A stretch of DNA of 64,000 nt from Laetmonice hystrix. Lineage: Eukaryota. The stretch is taken from assembly GCA_965235115.1 (NCBI GenBank), contig OZ249436.1:868001-932000 (forward strand), given 5' to 3'. Of the stretch, positions 13,840 to 25,655 are shown piece after piece (within the stretch, counting starts at the first letter, position 1; each line of letters starts with the position of its first letter). The notes under the pieces were generated by a model. It ran no database searches, had not been told where the DNA came from, and worked only from the letters and a program-made list of their open reading frames with translations. Made by a program: the position numbers and the translations under genes.

Positions 13840-16800
13840 TCCACCCTCCACTGACAGCAGACTGTGTCCTGGAAACGGCACGTCGGGCTCCTGTCTGCAT
13901 AGTCCACCTCACTGACAGCAGACTGTGTCCTGGAAACGGCACGTCGGGGTCCTGTCTGCCTAGTCCACCCCACTGACAGCAGACTGTGTCCTGGAAACAG
14001 GACGTCGGGGTCCTGTCTGCCTAGTCCGGCCCACTGACAGCAGACTGTGTCCTGGAAACAGGACGTCGGCTCCTGTCTGCCTAGTCCACCCCACTGACAG
14101 CAGACTGTGTCCTGGAAACAGGACGTCGGGGTCCTGTCTGCCTAGTCCACCTCACTGACAGCAGACTGTGTCCTGGAAACAGGACGTCGGGGTCCTGTCT
14201 GCCTAGTCCGGCCCACTGACAGCAGACTGTGTCCTGGAAACAGGACGTCGGCTCCTGTCTGCCTAGTCCACCCCACTGACAGCAGACTGTGTCCTGGAAA
14301 CAGGACGTCGGGGTCCTGTCTGCCTAGTCCACCCCACTGACAGCAGACTGTGTCCTGGAAACCGGACGTCGGGGTCCTGTCTGCCTAGTCCACCCCACTG
14401 ACAGCAGACTGTGTCCTGGAAACAGGACGTCGGCTCCTGTCTGCCTAGTCCATCTCACTGACAGCAGACTGTGTCCTGGAAACGGCACGTCGGGGTCCTG
14501 TCTGCCTAGTCCACCTCACTGACAGCTCAGACTGTGTCCTGGAAACAGGACGTCGGGGTCCTGTCTGCCTAGTCCACCTCACTGACAGCAGACTGTGTCC
14601 TGGAAACAGGACGTCGGCTCCTGTCTGCCTAGTCCACCCCACTGACAGCAGACTGTGTCCTGGAAACAGGACGTCGGGGTCCTGTCTGCCTAGTCCACCC
14701 CACTGACAGCAGACTGTGTCCTGGAAACAGGACGTCGGGGTCCTGTCTGCCTAGTCCACCTCACTGACAGCAGACTGTGTCCTGGAAACAGGACGTCAGG
14801 GTCCTGTCTGCCTAGTCCACCTCACTGACAGCAGACTGTGTCCTGGAAACAGGACGTCAGGGTCCTGTCTGCCTAGTCCACCTCACTGACAGCAGACTGT
14901 GTCCTGGAAACAGGACGTCGGGGTCCTGTCTGCCTAGTCCACCCCACTGACAGCAGACTGTGTCCTGGAAACAGGACGTCGGCTCCTGTCTGCCTAGTCC
15001 ACCTCACTGACAGCAGACTGTGTCCTGGAAACGGCACGTCGGGGTCCTGTCTGCCTAGTCCACCTCACTGACAGCTCAGACTGTGTCCTGGAAACAGGAC
15101 GTCGGGGTCCTGTCTGCCTAGTCCACCTCACTGACAGCAGACTGTGTCCTGGAAACAGGACGTCGGGGTCCTGTCTGCCTAGTCCACCCCACTGACAGCA
15201 GACTGTGTCCTGGAAACAGGACGTCAGGGTCCTGTCTGCCTAGTCCACCCCACTGACAGCAGACTGTGTCCTGGAAACGGCACGTCGGGGTCCTGTCTGC
15301 CTAGTCCACCCCACTGACAGCAGACTGTGTCCTGGAAACGGGACGTCGGGCTCCTGTCTGCCTAGTCCACCCCACTGACAGCAGACTGTGTCCTGGAAAC
15401 GGGACGTCGGGGTCCTGTCTGCCTAGTCCAGCCCACTGACAGCAGACTGTGTCCTGGAAACAACAGGACGTCGGGGTCCTGTCTGCCTAGTCCACCTCAC
15501 TGACAGCAGACTGTGTCCTGGAAACAGGAGGTCCGGGTCCTGTCTGCCTAGTCCACCTCACTGACAGCAGACTGTGTCCTGGAAACGGCACCTCGGGGTC
15601 CTGTCTGCCTAGTCCACCTCACTGACAGCAGACTGTGTCCTGGAAACAGGACGTGGGGGTCCTGTCTGCCTAGTCCAGCCCACTGACAGCAGACTGTGTC
15701 CTGGAAACAGGACGTCGGGGTCCTGTCTGCCTAGTCCACCTCACTGACAGCAGACTGTGTCCTGGACCGGCACGTCGGGGTCCTGTCTGCCTAGTCCACC
15801 TCACTGACAGCAGACTGTGTCCTGGAAACGACACGTCGGGGTCCTGTCTGCCTAGTCCAGCCCACTGACAGCAGACTGTGTCCTGGAAACGGCACGTCGG
15901 GGTCCTGTCTGCCTAGTCCACCTCACTGACAGCAGACTGTGTCCTGGAAACGGCACGTCGGGGTCCTGTCTGCCTAGTCCACCCCACTGACAGCAGACTG
16001 TGTCCTAGAAACAGGACGTCGGGGTCCTGTCTGCCTAGTCCAACCCACTGACAGCAGACTGTGTCCTGGAAACGGCACGTCGGGGTCCTGTCTGCCTAGT
16101 CCACCCCACTGACAGCAGACTGTGTCCTGGAAACGGCACGTCGGGGTCCTGTCTGCCTAGTCCAGCCCACTGACAGCAGACTGTGTCCTGGAAACAGGAC
16201 GTCGTGGTCCTGTCTGCCTAGTCCACCTCACTGACAGCAGACTGTGTCCTGGAAACAGGGCGTCGGGGTCCTGTCTGCCTAGTCCAGCCCACTGACAGCA
16301 GACTGTGTCCTGGAAACAGGACGTCGTGGTCCTGTCTGCCTAGTCCACCTCACTGACAGCAGACTGTGTCCTGGAAACGGCACGTCGGGGTCCTGTCTGC
16401 CTAGTCCACCTCACTGACAGCAGACTGTGTCCTGGAAACAGGACGTCGGGGTCCTGTCTGCCTAGTTCACCTCACTGACAGCAGACTGTGTCCTGGAAAC
16501 AGGACGTCGGGGTCCTGTCTGCCTAGTCCAACCCACTGACAGCAGACTGTGTCCTGGAAACAGGGCGTGGGGGTCCTGTCTGCCTAGTCCACCTCACTGA
16601 CAGCAGACTGTGTCCTGGAAACGGCACGTCGGGCTCCTGTCTGCCTAGTCCAGCCCACTGACAGTAGACTGTGTCCTGGAAACAGGGCGTGGGGGTCCTG
16701 TCTGCCTAGTCCACCTCACTGACAGCAGACTGTGTCCTGGAAACAGGACGTCGTGGTCCTGTCTGCCTAGTCCACCTCACTGACAGCAGACTGTGTCCTG

Positions 16801-16918
16801 GAAACAGGACGTCGTGGTCCTGTCTGCCTAGTCCACCTCACTGACAGCAGACTGTGTCCTGGAAACAGGACGTCGGGGTCCTGTCTGCCTAGTCCACCCC
16901 ACTGGCAGCAGACTGTGT
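13840..16918. repeat. Minisatellite, 61-bp unit (60-63), about 50 copies
   Basis: Unit cactgacagcagactgtgtcctggaaacaggacgtcggggtcctgtctgcctagtccacct. Confidence 0.97.
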
Positions 16919-17543
16919 AAAGTCAATATTGAGTTACTTAATCCAAGTCAGTCAATAGTTTGCCGGGAATGACCATTTTCACTTCCCGAGCTTGCTGACT
17001 AGTCAGATGTAAACAGAAAATACGGCATGCGGGGGTTGACAATGGATAGAGTTACTTGAATTTAAAACAAAAACACTTTATTGATATGTTTCCACGCTCA
17101 GTTCGACGGGTTGTACCTTATTACATAAAACAACTTCTTTTATTAATAGAGATACTAAGTGAATTAAACTAATCGCATGAATTCTAAAACTAATACTTGA
17201 TTCAGATACAGCTGATTCAAGCCTTATTCTGAACATCCAATTTCAAGAGGCATTACTGTAAATCAGAAAATTTAGAAAAGAAATCGCCAAAATGAACGTA
17301 CACAGTTTTCTTCAAAATGTTTTGACTACCAGGGCATGTGAAGTTGGCAGCTGATGTTAGAAACATTGCCGCGAGTAGAAATCCGGATAGGGAGGAAACT
17401 TATTGATGAAAGGATGACGTTATGGGCGCGTTGGCTCGACGGAGGGTGAACTGATGGCGACATCTAACCTTAAACGATAGTCGGAATTGGCCCGTCATGA
17501 AGACACGCCAAGTGAATAATGAATGAGAATCCATTGTGTGCAT

Positions 17544-18139
17544 CAGTTAATGGTTACATTACGACTGGGTCTGGGCGTCAGTGTGGTGTGAGCATGTACA
17601 GGTGGTCTCGGCGTCAGTGTGGTGTGAGCATGTACAGGTGGTCTTGGCGTCAGTGTGGTGTGAGCATGTACAGGTGGTCTTGGCGTCAGTGTGGTGTGAG
17701 CATGTACAGGTGGTCTTGGCGTCAGTGTGGTGTGAGCATGTACAGGTGGTCTTGGCGTCAGTGTGGTGTGAGCATGTACAGGTGGTCTTGGCGTCAGTGT
17801 GGTGTGAGCATGTACAGGTGGTCTTGGCGTCAGTGTGGTGTGAGCATGTACAGGTGGTCTGTGGTCACACGTTAGTATCAGTTAATGGTTACATTACGAC
17901 TGGGTCTTGGCGTCAGTGTGGTGTGAGCATGTACAGGTGGTCTTGGCGTCAGTGTGGTGTGAGCATGTACAGGTGGTCTTGGCGTCAGTGTGGTGTGAGC
18001 ATGTACAGGTGGTCTTGGCGTCAGTGTGGTGTGAGCATGTACAGGTGGTCTTGGCGTCAGTGTGGTGTGAGCATGTACAGGTGGTCTTGGCGTCAGTGTG
18101 GTGTGAGCATGTACAGGTGGTCTGTGGTCACACGTTAGT
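17544..18139. repeat. 36-bp minisatellite nested in a twofold duplicated block
   Basis: Unit ggcgtcagtgtggtgtgagcatgtacaggtggtctt; the flanks tcagttaatggttacattacgactggg and ctgtggtcacacgttagt each occur twice. Confidence 0.95.
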
Positions 18140-18185
18140 TGACATGATTGTGGTCCGTATTGGCAATAAATACTAGAGTAGGGAG

Positions 18186-18352
18186 TTGAGGTGGGGGTTG
18201 GGGTGGGGGTTGAGGTGGGGGTTGGGGTGGGGGTTGGGGTGGGGGTTGAGGTGGGGGTTGGGGTGGAGGGGGGTGGGGGTTGGGGTGGGGGTTGAGGTGG
18301 GGGTTGGGGTGGAGGGGGGTGGGGGTTGGGGTGGGGGTTGAGGTGGGGGTTG
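18186..18352. repeat. G/T-rich simple repeat running into an assembly gap
   Basis: (ggggttggggtgggggttgaggtg)n. Confidence 0.9.
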
Positions 18353-18484
18353 NNNNNNNNNNNNNNNNNNNNNNNNNNNNNNNNNNNNNNNNNNNNNNNN
18401 NNNNNNNNNNNNNNNNNNNNNNNNNNNNNNNNNNNNNNNNNNNNNNNNNNNNNNNNNNNNNNNNNNNNNNNNNNNNNNNNNNNN
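18353..18484. other. Assembly gap
   Basis: Run of N. Confidence 1.
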
Positions 18485-18854
18485 GTGGGGGGCAGGTATG
18501 GCTCATAGACATGGAATACATACATAGACATGAAGGCTCAGGAAAGTTATTTAATATTTCCTTAAACATTTCCCCGTCACGCCCTGGTTAGGAATTTGTC
18601 GAATGCATGGACACGTAGTAGGTCTAGTAGCTAGTCAGAAAGAAAGGTGGCTGGTTGTTCTCCGATGTTTCCTAACTCAATTCTATCATGGACACCATGG
18701 ACACATGAACTAACAGCAGCACCGATCCGCGCGCGGTTGGGTCGTTCATGTTTTCATGGGTTCAATTTCTGATAGAATTCAAGTTTTGAAGATAAATCCA
18801 TTTGTGCCACGCAGATGATTCTGCAATCCGACATGACACAACATCCCCGACCAG

Positions 18855-19165
18855 CCCTCGCCCCGTTCATCGCCTCTTATAGTCAGGGTGGTCGCTGAGG
18901 ATCATTCCCCCTTGTCCCACAGGTGTCCTGACAGCCAAGTACAATAAAGTTCCCACGTCTGCCTACATGTATTGACGTAGATACTGCCCTCGCCCCGTTC
19001 ATCGCCTCTTAGAGTCAAGGTTGGCACTAAGGATCATTCTCCCCCCTTGTCCTTCAGGTGTCCTGACAGCCTAGTACAATAAAGTTCCCACGTCTGCCTA
19101 CATGTATTGACGTAGATACTGCCCTCGCCCCGTTCATCGCCTCTTACATGTATTGACGTAGATGC
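18855..19165. repeat. Local imperfect tandem duplication, 2-3 partial copies
   Basis: gccctcgccccgttcatcgcctctta occurs three times; ggtgtcctgacagc...cctacatgtattgacgtagat occurs twice. Confidence 0.85.
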
Positions 19166-19433
19166 TCTCAGATGTTCAATCAGTCAATAAGAAGGAATCA
19201 CTGACGTGAGTGATGAGACATTGTGAATACAGTGTTTACGAGGACATTATTACAAATTAAGATAAATGGAATTTGGGAAGTAAATTTTTAAAATTCACAA
19301 ATACCTGTCAGAGAAGGAGACGTATCAGCTGCAGTGATGAATAACGCATAGAAGACTGCAGATAAAAGTCAGAGAGAATAACTGAATCCGCGACGACCAA
19401 TCGATCATGTTTAATAATGTGATCAAGTCACAA

Positions 19434-20257
19434 GTCTGAGAACCTCCACACATAATGATACCCAGTGTCTCAGAACCTTCACACATAATGATACCCAGTG
19501 TCTCATATCCTCTACACATAATGATACCCAGTGTCTGAGAACCTCCACACATAATGATACCCAGTGTCTCAGAACCTCCACACATAATGATACCCAGTGT
19601 CTCAGAACCTTCACACATAATGATACCCAGTGTCTCATATCCTCTACACATAATGATACCCAGTGTCTGAGTACATCCACACATAATGATACCCAGTGTC
19701 TGAGAACCTCCTCCACACATAATGATACCCAGTGTCTGAGAACCTCCACACATAATGATACCCAGTGTCTGAGAACCTCCACACATAATGATACCCAGTG
19801 TTTGAGAACCTCCACACATAATGATACCCAGTGTCTCAGAACCTCCACACATAATGATACCCAGTGTCTGAGAACCTCCACACATAATGATACCCAGTGT
19901 CTCAGAACCTCCACACATAATGATACCCAGTGTCTCAGAACCTCCACACATAATGATACCCAGTGTCTGAGAACCTCCACACATAATGATACCCAGTGTC
20001 TCAGAACCTCCACACATAATGATACCCAGTGTCTCAGTACCTCCACACATAATGATACCCAGTGTCTCAGAACCTCCACACATAATGATACCCAGTGTCT
20101 CAGAACCTCCACACATAATGATACCCAGTGTCTCAGAACCTCCACACATAATGATACCCAGTATCTCAGAACCTCCACACATAATGATACCCAGTGTCTG
20201 AGAACCTCCACACATAATGATACCCAGTGTCTCAGAACCTCCACACATAATGATACC
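19434..20257. repeat. Minisatellite, 33-bp unit, about 25 copies
   Basis: Unit acacataatgatacccagtgtctcagaacctcc. Confidence 0.97.
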
Positions 20258-21168
20258 AAGTTTTAATATTAACGTCTGTACCAGATTTAAGACAAATCCA
20301 CGAACTGCATGTAAAAGGCCTCAAGGCAGCTGGTGATGAAATGTATGCGTACAAATAATCACCCACACAATTGTTTGTTAACGTGGTTCCTCCATAGAGT
20401 ATGATAATTCCTTTCAACTGTCATGAGTTATTCATAGTTGTGGGATTGTTTGACAGTGACATGCTCGCGCAGCAAGGGATTGCTCAATCTTGTGCGGGGA
20501 ATCGCTCACCAGTGACGTGACAGGAACAGTGGTGGGACAAAACGTGCTTCATTTAATCGCCACTTGAGGGCCAGAGTGTGGTGGGAGGGGTCTGTGGTAC
20601 CGGCTGTCCTGAACAAACGTGCGTTTACTACTTACTTCAGATATGATAATCTAAAAGCTTCAAAGCTAAAAGCTTCTAAAGTTCATCAGAATCAGTCTTA
20701 TATGGTTATGGCCAAATTTTGTCTCTGCAGTGAATGAAATAGTCAAACGTCTCCCGCTAGTATCTCAAAACGACTTCTTGATGGAGGATGGTATCTGCGT
20801 GTTGGTAACTGTGGTGGCGCCCCCTATGGCAGATGTTAACATGACAGTAGAGGTCATTACTTGGGGTCAGTCTACCCCGGTGACCATGACAACGGAGATA
20901 TCCGGAGTCTGTTGCCATGCCACTAACAGCAAAGTCGTTCAATTACAGACGAACAAATGGGATTGCATAAGTACGTCTCCAATCCCAGCAACGTCTTTAG
21001 TCTTACGTTGTCTCACTGTAGGACATTGTTCATGTCATACTTCGTTTTGGGGTTTAAACTGATTCACATAAAGACGTGAATCGTCGGCCTCCGGTAGTAG
21101 TGAATTCGTCACTGTTGGTATTACGTCAGCCTAACCTAGCGTCCGTATCATACCTGTTCTTAAACTGC

Positions 21169-21732
21169 CTCAGCTCATGTGAATCTTTTTGTGGTCAACC
21201 AAGTGTGTTGTAGGCTCAGCTCATGTGAATCTCTTTGTGGTCAACCAAGTGTGTTGCAGGCTCAGCTCATGTGAATCTCTTTGTGGTCAACTAAGTGTGT
21301 TGTAGGCTCAGCTCATGTAAATCTCTTTGTGGTCAACCAAGTGTGTTGTAGGCTCAGCTCATATGAATCTCTTTGTGGTCAACCAAGTGTGTTGTAGGCT
21401 CAGCTCATGTGAATCTCTTTGTGGTCAACCAAGTGTGTTGTAGGCTCAGCTCATGTGAATCTTTTTGTGGTCAACCAAGTGTGTTGTAGGCTCAGCTCAT
21501 GTGAATCTCGTTGTGGCCAACCAAGTGTGTTGTAGGCTCAGCTCATGTGAATCTCTTTGTGGTCAACCAAGTGTGTTGTAGGCTCAGCTCATGCGAATCT
21601 CTTTGTGGTCAACCAAGTGTGTTGTAGGCTCAGCTCATGTGAATCTCTTTGTGGTCAACCAAGTGTGTTGTAGGCTCAGCTCATGTGAATCTCTTTGTGG
21701 TCAACCAAGTGTGTTGCAGGCTCAGCTCATGT
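21169..21732. repeat. Minisatellite, 46-bp unit, 12 copies
   Basis: Unit ctcagctcatgtgaatctctttgtggtcaaccaagtgtgttgtagg. Confidence 0.97.
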
Positions 21733-22158
21733 ACAGTTACATAGCTCAGGGCGCGCTGTGAATTACCTAATTCTGTAGAGAATAACATGAAAAAAAAACA
21801 TGTAATGTCGAGGTCATTTGAGCATGCTATTGTTTTAACAAGAAGGAAATTGCCAACATTTAATATGTCCCGCCGTTTTTATGGACTGTGCATGGAAATC
21901 TTGTAGGCAGAAGCAGTTGAACCATTATGCTCATTGCCGAATGGGTGCGTATTACGAATCTCTCTCTGTCTCTCTCCTTCCCTCTCTCTCGCTCCGTCCC
22001 TCTCTCCATTCCCTCCCTCTCCTTCTCGTTGAAAGGGTTTTTATATAGACTCTCCAAATGAAAAGAGACAGCCCATGTAAGAAATGCTATGTCAATTACC
22101 ATAGTAATTGGAGACTATTGATTGCTAATGACTTATATCTGTCTTTTCTTTGTTTCAG

Positions 22159-22182
22159 AAATGGAAGAACCTGTTTGACAAG
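22159..22182 (+). CDS. RHBDL3: 24-nt coding micro-exon KWKNLFDK, the entering helix of EF-hand 1 of a rhomboid-like protease
   Basis: Sequence reads gctaatgacttatatctgtcttttctttgtttcag|AAATGGAAGAACCTGTTTGACAAG|gtaagc, phase 0/0. The peptide matches the WKxLFD segment that I recall preceding the EF loop in human RHBDL3 (HWKVLFDQ). The symbol means RHBDL3-like; orthology is not established. Confidence 0.85.
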
Positions 22183-22224
22183 GTAAGCCACTACTTTCCC
22201 GTATATCTGGGGGAGCGCGGCATT

Positions 22225-25200
22225 GCTGGAGGAGATCTGTAAGACTGTGTAGAACAAGGCCAGCTAGTCACTAACCTTCTCCCGCTGGAGGAGATCTGTA
22301 AGACTGTGTAGAACAAAGCCAGCTAGTCCCTGACCTTCTCCCGCTGGAGGAGATCTGTAAGACTGTGTAGAACAAACCCAGCTAGTCACTAACCTTCTCC
22401 CGCTGGAGGAGATCTGTAAGACTGTGTAGAACAAAGCCAGCTAGTCACTAACCGGCTCCCGCTGGAGGAGATCTGTAAGACTGTGTAGAACAAAGCCAGC
22501 TAGTCACTAACCTTCTCCCGCTGGAGGAGATCTGTAAGACTGTGTAGAACAAAGCCAGCTAGTCCCTAACCTTCTCCCGCTGGAGGAGATCTGTAAGACT
22601 GTGTAGAACATGGCCAGCTAGTCACTAACCTTCTCCCGCTGGAGGAGATCTGTAAGACTGTGTAGAACAAAGCCAGCTAGTCACTAACCTTCTCCCGCTG
22701 GAGGAGATCTGTAAGACTGTGTAGAACAAAGCCAGCTAGTCACTAACCTTCTCCCGCTGGAGGAGATCTGTAAGACTGTGTAGAACAAGGCCAGCTAGTC
22801 ACTAACCTTCTCCCGCTGGAGGAGATCTGTAAGACTGTGTAGAACAAAGCCAGCTAGTCCCTGACCTTCTCCCGCTGGAGGAGATCTGTAAGACTGTGTA
22901 GAACAAACCCAGCTAGTCACTAACCTTCTCCCGCTGGAGGAGATCTGTAAGACTGTGTAGAACAAAGCCAGCTAGTCACTAACCGGCTCCCGCTGGAGGA
23001 GATCTGTAAGACTGTGTAGAACAAAGCCAGCTAGTCACTAACCTTCTCCCGCTGGAGGAGATCTGTAAGACTGTGTAGAACAAAGCCAGCTAGTCCCTAA
23101 CCTTCTCCCGCTGGAGGAGATCTGTAAGACTGTGTAGAACATGGCCAGCTAGTCACTAACCTTCTCCCGCTGGAGGAGATCTGTAAGACTGTGTAGAACA
23201 AAGCCAGCTAGTCACTAACCTTCTCCCGCTGGAGGAGATCTGTAAGACTGTGTAGAACAAAGCCAGCTAGTCACTAACCTTCTCCCGCTGGAGGAGATCT
23301 GTAAGACTGTGTAGAACAAGGCCAGCTAGTCACTAACCTTCTCCCGCTGGAGGAGATCTGTAAGACTGTGTAGAACAAACCCAGCTAGTCCCTAACCTTC
23401 TCCCGCTGGAGGAGATCTCTAAGACTGTGTAGAACAAACCCAGCTAGTCCCTAACCTTCTCCCGCTGGAGGAGATCTGTAAGACTGTGTAGAACAAACCC
23501 AGCTAGTCCCTAACCTTCTCCCGCTGGAGGAGATCTGTAAGACTGTGTAGAACAAACCCAGCTAGTCACTAACCTTCTCCCGCTGGAGGGGATCTGTAAG
23601 GCTGTGTAGAACAAAGCCAGCTAGTCACTAACCTTCTCCCGCTGGAGGAGATCTGTAAGACTGTGTAGAACAAGGTCAGCTAGTCCCTAACCTTCTCCCG
23701 CTGGAGGAGATCTGTAAGACTATGTAGAACAAAGCCAGCTAGTCCCTAACCTTCTCCCACTGGAGGAGATCTGTAAGACTGTAGAACAAACCCAGCTAGT
23801 CCCTAACCTTCTCCCGCTGGAGGAGATCTGTAAGACTGTGTAGAACAAACCCAGCTAGTCCCTAACCTTCTCCCGCTGGAGGAGATCTGTAAGACTGTGT
23901 AGAACAAACCCAGCTAGTCCCTAACCTTCTCCCGCTGGAGGAGATCTGTAAGACTGTAGAACAAACCCAGCTAGTCACTAACCTTCTCCCGCTGGAGGAG
24001 ATCTGTAAGACTGTGTAGAACAAAGCCAGCTAGTCCCTAACCTTCTCCCGCTGGAGGAGATCTGTAAGACTGTGTAGAACAAACCCAGCTAGTCCCTAAC
24101 CTTCTCCCGCTGGAGGAGATCTCTAAGACTGTGTAGAACAAACCCAGCTAGTCCCTAACCTTCTCCCGCTGGAGGAGATCTGTAAGACTGTGTAGAACAA
24201 ACCCAGCTAGTCCCTAACCTTCTCCCGCTGGAGGAGATCTGTAAGACTGTGTAGAACAAAGCCAGCTAGTCACTAACCTTCTGCCGCTGGAGGAGATCTG
24301 TAAGACTGTGTAGAACAAACCCAGCTAGTCACTAACCTTCTCCCGCTGGAGGGGATCTGTAAGGCTGTGTAGAACAAAGCCAGCTAGTCACTAACCTTCT
24401 CCCGCTGGAGGAGATCTGTAAGACTGTGTAGAACAAGGTCAGCTAGTCCCTAACCTTCTCCCGCTGGAGGAGATCTGTAAGACTATGTAGAACAAAGCCA
24501 GCTAGTCCCTAACCTTCTCCCGCTGGAGGAGATCTGTAAGAATGTGTAGAACAAACCCAGCTAGTCACTAACCTTCTCCCGCTGGAGGAGATCTGTAAGA
24601 CTGTGTAGAACAAACCCAGCTAGTCCCTAACCTTCTCCCGCTGGAGGAGATCTGTAAGACTGTAGAACAAACCCAGCTAGTCACTAACCTTCTCCCGCTG
24701 GAGGAGATCTGTAAGACTGTGTAGAACAAACCCAGCTAGTCCCTAACCTTCTCCCGCTGGAGGAGATCTGTAAGACTGTAGAACAAACCCAGCTAGTCAC
24801 TAACCTTCTCCCGCTGGAGGAGATCTGTAAGACTGTGTAGAACAAAGCCAGCTAGTCACTAACCTTCTCCCGCTGGAGGAGATCTGTAAGACTGTGTAGA
24901 ACAAACCCAGCTAGTCACTAACCTTCTCCCGCTGGAGGAGATCTGTAAGACTGTGTAGAACAAAGCCAGCTAGTCACTAACCTTCTCCCGCTGGAGGAGA
25001 TCTGTAAGACTGTGTAGAACAAACCCAGCTAGTCACTAACCTTCTCCCGCTGGAGGAGATCTGTAAGACTGTGTAGAACAAAGCCAGCTAGTCCCTAACC
25101 TTCTCCCGCTGGAGGAGATCTGTAAGACTGTGTAGAACAAACCCAGCTAGTCCCTAACCTTCTCCCGCTGGAGGAGATCTGTAAGACTGTGTAGAACAAA

Positions 25201-25284
25201 CCCAGCTAGTCCCTAACCTTCTCCCGCTGGAGGAGATCTGTAAGACTGTGTAGAACAAGGCCAGCTAGTCACTAACCTTCTCCC
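22225..25284. repeat. Minisatellite, 59-bp unit, about 52 copies, starting 42 nt after the micro-exon
   Basis: Unit gctggaggagatctgtaagactgtgtagaacaaagccagctagtcactaaccttctccc. Confidence 0.97.
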
Positions 25285-25401
25285 AACGTCCGCTAAACTC
25301 ATATCGTCTTATGGACAGGGCCGTGCAAGTTTGGAGGGGGGGAGGCATTTTCTGGGGAGCGTTTCCACAAGCAGGTCAGAGAAGTTATAACCTCCCAACC
25401 T

Positions 25402-25655
25402 CACACATTACCCTCTGTGTGGAGGGTAATGTGTGTGTAACCCTAAAACCTAACCCTAACCATTACTCCCTGTGTGGAGGGTTAGGGTTTAGGGTTTAGG
25501 GTAACCCTAAAACCTAACCCTAACCATTACCCTCTGTGTGGAGGGTTAGGGTTTAGGGTAACCCTAAAACCTAACCCTAACCATTACCCTCTGTGTGGAG
25601 GTTAGGGTTAGGGTTTAGGGTAACCCTAACCCTAACCATTACCCTCTATGTGGAG
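25402..25655. repeat. Palindromic telomere-like repeat units
   Basis: About 4 units of taaccctaaaacctaaccctaaccattaccctctgtgtggagggttagggtttaggg, with ttagggtaaccctaa junctions. Confidence 0.85.

Noticed and set aside
17519-20266. Repeat ORFs from the 36-bp and 33-bp arrays, and ORFs running through N
   Set aside because: They result from tandem-repeat periodicity or gap read-through.
20636-21062. Possible exons around the palindromic ctgcag at 20725 (plus-strand ORF 20730-21062; minus-strand 89-nt exon 20724-20636)
   Set aside because: The plus-strand ORF has no recognisable homology or phase-0 donor. The minus-strand candidate has stops in all three frames.
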